Positions 46,352-54,951 of a stretch of DNA of 64,000 nucleotides are shown in pieces. The stretch lies in the NCBI GenBank assembly GCA_001600695.1, contig BCKQ01000005.1, forward strand, positions 797,820-861,819, written 5' to 3'. Source of the stretch: Ascoidea asiatica JCM 7603. Lineage: Eukaryota > Fungi > Ascomycota. Below the pieces are notes generated by a model. That model was not told where the DNA came from, made no database searches, and saw nothing but the letters and a program-made list of their open reading frames with translations. Made by a program: the position numbers and the translations under genes. The number at the start of each line of letters is the position of its first letter. Positions within the stretch are counted from its first letter, which is position 1.

Positions 46352-49300
46352 ATGAGCTCTCCATTTTTTTCAAATAAGAGATCTCGTTCCGAAGTTTCTG
46401 ATGAGGAATTTAATAATGATTTAGATTCTTTAAAAAACAAGAGGCCTTTTGTTCAAGTGCCGGATTCTAGTCCAGCTCCAAAAGCTCTCGAATCATCTCC
46501 AATGAAACCTGAAGATTTAATTCCTCCTTCGTTAAATACGAAGACAAGCTTATATCAAAGATTTGCTCATAATGGCTCTCCATCTGCTAATAGATCAACA
46601 TCAAAAATTTCAAATATCAGTCTAGGTTCTCCACTCAGTTCTAAAAGTGCAAATTCTAATCCATATAAGAAAGTCTTGTTGCAGCAAAATGATAAATTCA
46701 ACAAAAAAATATTGAAACCCAATAATATCTCAACTTTTACAAATGGAAGTCCTGCTATTAATGGCAATGGTGGCCGTAGTATTAAATCAAATTCTGACAT
46801 GACAATTTTGAAAAATAAATTTCCTTTAGTAAAGGAAAGAATTATTTTCTCTTTACTTAATAAACATAATGGAAATTTAAGAGAGACAAGCGCTGCTTTA
46901 TCTAAGTTTGTCCAAAATAACCCAAAACTATTAAAAAGTGATCCAAAATTAATGATAACGAATAGCAATTTAAAGGCTTCTTCATTGTCTTTCAATAAAG
47001 CAAATTTGCATCTCAACGATGAAAACTCAAAGGGGTCCTCAGATCTTCCTCGCAAAGTCTCTCCAGTAATAGATCTTGAAAAATTCAAATATAAGTCGAA
47101 TAGTAATATAAAAAAACCTACAATGACTATTACTCAGAAATATAGTTTGATGTCGGCTCCAAAAAAGAAAAGAAAAAAATTGGTCAGGGGCTCAAAAAAT
47201 GTTGAAGATGAGGAACCTAACTCCGATGATATAGCGTTCATTAATGATGATGCTGAAGAGCAAATATCTGATAAGAAGTTAGCTCCTTCATCTTTTTATT
47301 CAAAAAGTAAAAAACTTTCAAATAGTAAGAAAAAGAGGGTTGTAGTAAATTTAAGTGATGAAGAATTTGAAAAACCTTTTGAAAAAGATGAAACTCCTTC
47401 CGAAATCGATGATGATGTTGATGAGGAGGATCAATATGTAAATACTGAAACAAAGCAATCCAAGTATGAAACTCGTATTTTAGAATTCTTAAATACTGCT
47501 GCCCTTTTGGATGTAACAGATATATCGAATTGTTCTCCTGAAATTGCACAATTATTAATTGATTCACGACCTTATAAGTCATTATACGAAATTGAAAATA
47601 AAGACTTTGGAAAACTGTCAAGTAAAGATTCTTCTATTTTAAATTCTAAAAAGAGAGGCGGGAAACGAAAGGCCATGGGACTCAAAATTGTTGAAAAAAC
47701 TGAAGAAACATTAAATGGGTATGATGCAATTGATACATTGATTGAAAAATGTTCGGCATTAGGAGATAAAATTTCTGCCAGTATATCTACTTGGGGTGTA
47801 GATGTTAACGGTGAAGTTATAAATAAAACTGCATTTCAAAATTCCTTGATTACACTAGATAAGCCTAATTCTGAAATGGATGGTTTAAGTGTTATGAAAG
47901 AGGTTATAGCTGTGGATGAAAATGCTACTGAAGTCGATGGGGATGATACTTCGAAAATAACTAAAGAAACAGCTGAAGAAGATAAGTCTTTGGAAATTAT
48001 AAAACAAACATCAGATATAGATGATTCCTTGCAAGTTATTAAGGAGGAAATCAAAATCAATAATGGTGAAACTGTAGAAAATTCTATAAATGTTGAAAAT
48101 GAAGTCAATACTACCATTCAAGAGGAACCAATAAATAACGATGATATCTCGGATGATGAGAACGATGATGATTATAGTGATGATGAAAGTGACGATTTGA
48201 ATAAACAAAAAGTGGTGAAAATAGCAAAAGCTAATAAAGAAAAATTGAATGGTTATATTTCAGAAAAACCTCAACTATTGGCTGAAAATTTGGAATTAAA
48301 AATATATCAACAATTTGGATTTAATTGGATGAACTTACTTTATAATAGTGATTTATCATGCATTTTAGCAGATGAAATGGGTCTTGGTAAAACAGTACAG
48401 GTTATTACCTTATTAACCTATTTAAAACAAATTGATCCTGATAATTCTGGGCCTAATTTAATTGTTGTTCCCTCATCAACATTGGAGAATTGGTTGAGAG
48501 AGTTTCAAAAATTTTCTCCAGAGTTAGTTGTATCCCCCTATTATGGTACTCAAGCAGAAAGATTACAGTTGCGTTATGAATTATCACAAGTTGATTTTGA
48601 TATTTTAATAACTACTTATAATTTAGCCACTGGATCAAAGGATGACCATAAATTTTTAGCCAAACAAGGTTTCAATTGTATCGTATATGATGAAGGCCAT
48701 ATGTTAAAAAATTCTTCTAGTGAAAGATATACAAAATTAATGAGATTAAGAGGAGATTTTCGTATTTTATTAACAGGAACTCCTTTACAAAATAATTTAA
48801 AAGAATTAGTTTCTCTATTAAGTTTTATATTACCTGATGTTTTTAAAGAACATAAAAATGATTTACAAGCACTTTTTAATCAAAAAGTTACTACAAAAAG
48901 TGAAGGAAAAAGAGGAGAATCAGAAGAAATCGAGAGTAGTGATGATTCTAAATCTGATAAGGATTATAATCCATTATTATCAGAAAAGGCTATTTCTAGA
49001 GCTAAAAAAATAATGCAACCCTTTGTATTAAGAAGGAAAAAAGATCAAGTATTAAAGAATTTACCTAAAAAAGTTAGAAAAATTGAATATTGTGATATAT
49101 TACCAAGTCAAAAAGAAATTTATGAAGGAGAAATTGCAGATGCGCAATTACAAAAATCTTTAGCGAAGGGTAAAGCTAAAAATTTAATAATGCAATTAAG
49201 AAAAGCGGCTATTCATCCCTTATTATTTAGAACGATTTATACAGATAAAAAACTTCGAAGTATGGCAAAAGCAATTATGAAAGAACCTGTTTATGTTAGT

Positions 49301-49918
49301 GCAAATGAGCATTATATATTTGAGGATATGCAAGTAATGTCTGACTTTGAATTAAATGGATTATGTGAGAAATTTCCTTCAACACTTAATAGATTTAAAC
49401 TAAAAAAACAAGATTTTTTTAATTCTAGTAAAGTTGAAAAATTAGTTGAATTATTATCTTATCATATTAAGAATGGATCAAAAATTGTTGTATTTTCATT
49501 ATTCACTCAAGTTCTTGATATAATTGAAAAAGTTCTAGAATATGAAGCATTAAAATTTCTAAGATTAGATGGATCAACATCAGTTGAGATTAGACAAGAT
49601 TTAATTGATAAATTTTATAAAGAGGATGATATTAAAATTTTCTTACTATCAACAAAAAGTGGAGGATTTGGTATAAATTTAGTTTGTGCAAATATTGTTA
49701 TAATTTTCGACCAAAGTTTTAATCCTCATGATGATAGACAAGCAGAAGATAGATGCCATAGATTAGGTCAAAAAAAGGATGTAGAAGTTATTAGATTAAT
49801 TACTAAAAAGACTATAGAAGAAAATATTATGTTATTAGGAGATAAAAAAATTGAATTAGATCATGAATTAGAGGATCCAAATTTCGCCCAGACATTTTTA
49901 AAAGACCTTTCTATATAA
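46352..49918 (+). CDS. FUN30: Snf2-family chromatin remodeller Fun30/SMARCAD1
   Basis: VQVPDSSP N-terminal motif, CUE-like segment, ILADEMGLGKT, VVPSSTLENWLREF, YDEGHMLKN, LLTGTPLQNNLKEL, SFNPHDDRQAEDRCHRLGQ. Confidence 0.95.
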   Translation: MSSPFFSNKRSRSEVSDEEFNNDLDSLKNKRPFVQVPDSSPAPKALESSPMKPEDLIPPSLNTKTSLYQRFAHNGSPSANRSTSKISNISLGSPLSSKSANSNPYKKVLLQQNDKFNKKILKPNNISTFTNGSPAINGNGGRSIKSNSDMTILKNKFPLVKERIIFSLLNKHNGNLRETSAALSKFVQNNPKLLKSDPKLMITNSNLKASSLSFNKANLHLNDENSKGSSDLPRKVSPVIDLEKFKYKSNSNIKKPTMTITQKYSLMSAPKKKRKKLVRGSKNVEDEEPNSDDIAFINDDAEEQISDKKLAPSSFYSKSKKLSNSKKKRVVVNLSDEEFEKPFEKDETPSEIDDDVDEEDQYVNTETKQSKYETRILEFLNTAALLDVTDISNCSPEIAQLLIDSRPYKSLYEIENKDFGKLSSKDSSILNSKKRGGKRKAMGLKIVEKTEETLNGYDAIDTLIEKCSALGDKISASISTWGVDVNGEVINKTAFQNSLITLDKPNSEMDGLSVMKEVIAVDENATEVDGDDTSKITKETAEEDKSLEIIKQTSDIDDSLQVIKEEIKINNGETVENSINVENEVNTTIQEEPINNDDISDDENDDDYSDDESDDLNKQKVVKIAKANKEKLNGYISEKPQLLAENLELKIYQQFGFNWMNLLYNSDLSCILADEMGLGKTVQVITLLTYLKQIDPDNSGPNLIVVPSSTLENWLREFQKFSPELVVSPYYGTQAERLQLRYELSQVDFDILITTYNLATGSKDDHKFLAKQGFNCIVYDEGHMLKNSSSERYTKLMRLRGDFRILLTGTPLQNNLKELVSLLSFILPDVFKEHKNDLQALFNQKVTTKSEGKRGESEEIESSDDSKSDKDYNPLLSEKAISRAKKIMQPFVLRRKKDQVLKNLPKKVRKIEYCDILPSQKEIYEGEIADAQLQKSLAKGKAKNLIMQLRKAAIHPLLFRTIYTDKKLRSMAKAIMKEPVYVSANEHYIFEDMQVMSDFELNGLCEKFPSTLNRFKLKKQDFFNSSKVEKLVELLSYHIKNGSKIVVFSLFTQVLDIIEKVLEYEALKFLRLDGSTSVEIRQDLIDKFYKEDDIKIFLLSTKSGGFGINLVCANIVIIFDQSFNPHDDRQAEDRCHRLGQKKDVEVIRLITKKTIEENIMLLGDKKIELDHELEDPNFAQTFLKDLSI

Positions 49919-52900
49919 ATTAGTGTAATATATGCATAATGTATAATATTTTTAAAATTAAATGCAGAAATTTTCATTAGCCACATTCGATTTTGAGAAT
50001 TATGTAAGTTTTAAAGAGAATTTGAGTAAATCTATTAACTAAGACGAATTGATTACTCATAAGGGGATTTGTCAAACCATATCCCTCTGCCATAAAATGC
50101 AATATTATTATCAGACTAGCAAATTTAGTGAGTAATTTGCCTGATATTCTTTGTTTAGTCTCAATATTCAGAGAAATTTCATTCGAGAATAGTATTTACA
50201 AACTGGAAAAAAAATAATAGTGATTAATTTATTCAAATCCTGCCGTAGCACATTTTTAGTGATATAATGTTACGAGTAGCTACAGATTAAATTCTTTTCG
50301 ATTATTGGAATTATAAATTATATAAGGGAATAGGAGAGAATGAGATTGTGATAGATAATTTTTTAATACAAAATCAAATGTGTTCTTAATTGTTGAAAAA
50401 AGACAAAGCTAATATTATAGCAATGGTATAAACTGCACTCAATACTACAAACAATTATCAGCAAACATCGTGAAATACTTTACTTCCGTGTATTTTTTGA
50501 TTATGCTATAACTGTGAAAAGTGAGTAGAATTTTGAAGGTCAGTGTCCGAGCTCTTTTGAAGTCCAAGTATATTTTTTTATGAGCAAACCAAGGGTTGAA
50601 AAATAAGTAAAGACTTTTTTGCCTCCACTGAGTGAAAGAAAGCCTGTATACAAATGAGTGAATATTCTTGAGTACATAAGCAGCCTTGTGAATATTCAAC
50701 AGTGCTAAAGAAGTAAGGGAGCGTGCAATGAAGTGCAGAAACATCAAATTTAAATTTTTGATTTACTGACAGCCTAAGTCATCATGTAACACTTGCCATG
50801 CACAACTACTTAGTTACAAATATAGAGTTTAGCCTGGGACCTGGAGTATGGATTTTGTACTGTGTACAGTATACAGTAATGTGGTATATTCTTGGTCATT
50901 CGATTCCACTGAAATAATAATGCTCTTAATAATTTTTCATTATGCTTTGTATAATAATCCTACTCACAGTAAATTTTCGTTCTGTCTATATGTAGTTAAG
51001 CTTGTGTATAGAATATACTGTTGAAATATGATAGAGTATTTTAGAATCCCTATAGTAAATTAAGCAATCAAAGTAGTTCAATACACCATTTTTTTGTTTG
51101 TGTTATCAACTTACGCGCTTACTTCAGTTCAAAACAAAATGTTGAATTTTATGGTCTTATTTTTTACTGTGGCTGATGAAATGCTTTTGTGTTGAAAATT
51201 GTATCTAAATTATTTCAATTAACTAATAGCTAATTACAACTCACAATAGGTTTTTTTAAACCTTCCAAATACGAGTGGTAAAATTTGGGCAAATTTAGAA
51301 ATTTGAATTTTTTAGGTACATTAAGGAGTATACGCTTGAGTAAAAATCGAAATGTGTAAGTAAATAAACATTTCAAGGTATGTCATAGCCTAGTATTTCT
51401 TATGTTTTTTTAAACTCCAAAAGGTTCCAGACTCTTTTTTTGCCGATTGTTGATATATGAAAAAAATTAAGTTAAAGTGGATTATGTAATATTTTAAGGG
51501 TGGAAGTTGTTTTTCAAATAGTTTACGAGCTTTACTAGATAATTTAATAAAGGTAAATATTTCGTCAACAAGAAATTTCCAATTTTTAGAATATTGAATG
51601 ATAATTTGATTTCAAAAATTGAGAATTGAAAATGAAGAAGTATAAGGAGTAATACATTATATAGAAAATATTTAAAAGTTTATATTAATATTAAATTATT
51701 ATTCTTTCAAATTTTAGTGAATCATTGAAGTTCTTTTTCGAAATATTTTTTCCGAAATGGAAGGTTTTGAAATAAGGTACCCCCTCTTTAAAGAATATCT
51801 GTTAGTTCATAAAAAGAAATTGGAACTTAAGCTGTAAGTATTATGATTTCATTTTATGGTACAGAATATTGTTGTTTTGATTGTATAAAATTACTACAGT
51901 AAAATATTCCTACAAATTTTTATTTCACTTTTTGACCTCAAGTTATTATCATTTATCAAATATTTCAAAAGTTGTTTTAACTCAATAAAAAAGTTTCGGA
52001 AATCCTCGGAAAAAACTACTAAAAAAAAGAAAGCTGGATTTTGTTTTTTGTTCTTATCTTCTATTTCACGATTCTTTTAATTAAAAAACAGTTTCAAATA
52101 CTTCAAATACACTTTTGAAATTGTTTGAAAATTGCACATGGTAAATTCCAAATTTTTAAAAAATTAATTATAATTAAAAATAAAGAATATTCAAAAATTA
52201 AATTAAAATAATTTAAAAAAGAGATATTCCGATGTAGAACTGTAGAAAATGATTCAACGAAAGCTCAATTAAATAATTATAACTACTACTAGTAGGAATA
52301 GCATTCTTTCCTAGACCAGAATATTTTTTATATGTCCCACGTCACATCATCATCTCGGTAAAGCAGGAAGAAAAGATTTTGAAATAATGTAAAACGAGTT
52401 GTCACGTAATTGGGATTAGTGTAAAGTAGCTGAATTTAGCTTTATTTGGAGCCAGAAACGTAGTTTGTCTGGCACCTCGGTATTCGATATCAGGTTTGAA
52501 GGTAAATACAAAAATCCAATCTGCGAAAAAAAAAAACACCTTGCGTCTTTGGAGGATCATTAGTTTATAGGTGAAGTAGTCAGATGACTGAAGAGTGTTT
52601 ATGAACATTTAGTACTGTGATAATGTATGACGATATCTATTGCTGTGGTGATATCACAGGTGGTCTTTAGCAGTCTAGTGGCAGTGTAGTAGAGATGGCC
52701 TTGCGTCTGGAAACAGGAGTACTATCTTGTCAAATTATCTTTTCCGCATCATCTTTTATAACCATCCATTTGTAATATTGTAACATCATTTCATGCCGTA
52801 CCATATCGTAATAAAATAATCTAAATCAGCCTTCAGTTTACTAGCTTAATGTTCTTGTTTCATTTGCTCAGTTTCCAAATAAAAAAGTGCTGCAGAAATA

Positions 52901-54062
52901 AAAAAACTATCTTTTTAGAACTATCTTCTAATAAACTATCTTTTTAACGAGCATAATAACAGGTATCAAGAGGCTAATAAATAACGCCCAGTGTTTATAA
53001 ATTACCTAGCTAAGATTACCAATGTATCATACTTCAAATCACAATTCATGTTTAACAAATTTCAAATCAAAGAAAATTAACTCGTAAAAGTATTGATTTT
53101 TCAAAAAGGTGGAGAAATAATTATATTTTCAGCTCGGAAGAAAATTTATAGGTATGAAATTATGTATAAACAGTATTTCAAATATCCTCTATTCTATCTT
53201 TTTTACTATCTCTCTTGGAACAAAACATTTCAACTCAATTGAGGTTGTTTAAACTTCAGTTGAACTTTATGAAAACTTATGATTTTCCTTTTTGAATTCT
53301 TGTATCCTATAAAAATTTTGTACTCGTATTATGATATACTGTACACTGTAAATTTTATTCTGTAATTAATTGAATAATACATTCTATAATATGTTATGTA
53401 ATTTATTGTGTAAATAATTGTGTAATATAACATTATCAATCAATATATAATTTGTATACAAGCTTCCGCGGCACACAATTTTCTGTGTCTTGTCGAATAA
53501 AGTCTGGAACGCGGACAGCTCTGGTTCTAATTGAAAAGAGCTACAGAATGTAGACTTACGTTCAGTTCGGAGTAAACTCAAAATAAGTTGGATATGAAGT
53601 GAGCAGAGTTGAGTACATTAAACTCAAGAGTATGCCAGTAAAACACAAGTGCATAATGTATGTAGGCGAAGTGCGCGGAGTGCTTTCTAATTAAGGAGCG
53701 TAAGTTGACACAGACACAAGACTAGGTCTGGGCACTGTGCTCAGAAGTTTGCTGGGAGTTGGTCCTGCAAACCTTCACTCAAACCATATATTTAGGTTGA
53801 ATTGAAAGAATCAATTCACATAGAATAAGAAAGAAGAAAGAATTTTATCTCTTTTGATACGGTGAACTTTAGTCACACAAAGAAGTTAAAGAACTTTTCG
53901 ACAATTATATAACAAAATAATAAATAGTGTAACATCATTTCTTTACTTTTTTTACTTCAACCTTATTTAAGTCTATGCTCTACACTTTTTATCCAAATGA
54001 AAATGATTTAGTTTATTTCCCCAATTTTTCTCAATTTTATTCTAATCAACTTTTCATAAGGT

Positions 54063-54100
54063 TTCAACTGAATTGTAATTTAAATTACAATTCAGTTGAA
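54063..54100. repeat. Perfect 38-bp spacerless palindrome
   Basis: TTCAACTGAATTGTAATTT|AAATTACAATTCAGTTGAA is its own reverse complement. Confidence 0.95.
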
Positions 54101-54754
54101 TCAAAAGAATTCGAGTTTTATTATAATTTTATTGTAATTTTATTGTAAATTTATTGTAACATTGAAAAGCTCCATTTTGAAAAGTATATAAACAATTGAT
54201 ACTCTCTTATTTTATTCTTTTATTTTTCAGAATTATTTATTTATTTCCTTTCCAAATTTTAATTTTCCTATACTTATTTACTTATTTAATCTTTTTCTTT
54301 ATTAGCTAACTTAATTATCTTATCTACTACTTCAAATATTTAGTTGTAATAATACAAATTTTATAATTATTATTAGTTCTATTTTCTTTTGGGTTTTTGT
54401 CTCATATCAACTCTATTTCTAGTTACTATAAGACAATTAATTAGCCTCTAACCAGAATATTATACTGTTAATTATACTCCTACTATACTACTCCTACTCT
54501 TATTTTTACCTTTGTAATTTTATAACGTCGATCACTTTAACTTCTTGTTCTAGTATTTAGCTATACAATTTTACTTACTTTTCTCTCACACTCACTCTCT
54601 CATTCTATAACTCTTATTCTCCATTTTAATAATCCCTTATTTAATTTTAAATATCAATCAATTATTAATAGCTGAATATAACTTTTCATTGATAACTTAA
54701 TAACTACTATCATTTTTTATTTTCAAAAACTAATTTGTTAGAGAATATTATAAC

Positions 54755-54814
54755 TAAATATAAATATAAATATAAATATAAATATAAATATAAATATAAA
54801 TATAAATATAAATA
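54755..54814 (+). repeat. (TAAATA)10 tandem array upstream of the Ada-domain gene
   Basis: Direct read; forms overlapping TATAAATA boxes. Confidence 0.9.
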
Positions 54815-54951
54815 TATATAAAATTATAATTGCAATTATAACTATAATTCAATATCATTTATCATTGAAATACAATTACTTCAACTAATTATTATAATCT
54901 CTTGTTACTTCTATCAAAACATCTTTCTTTGAATCAATTAAAATCAATAAA

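Noticed and set aside
52670-52700. U2 snRNA branch-pairing motif GTGTAGTA
   Set aside because: The flanking conserved U2 sequence (ATCAAGTGTAGTATCTGTTC) is absent.
50445-53581. Short ORFs in the 5-kb intergenic region as genes or LTR-retrotransposon remnants
   Set aside because: No gag/pol motifs, no TG...CA direct repeats recognised, and atypical codon usage.
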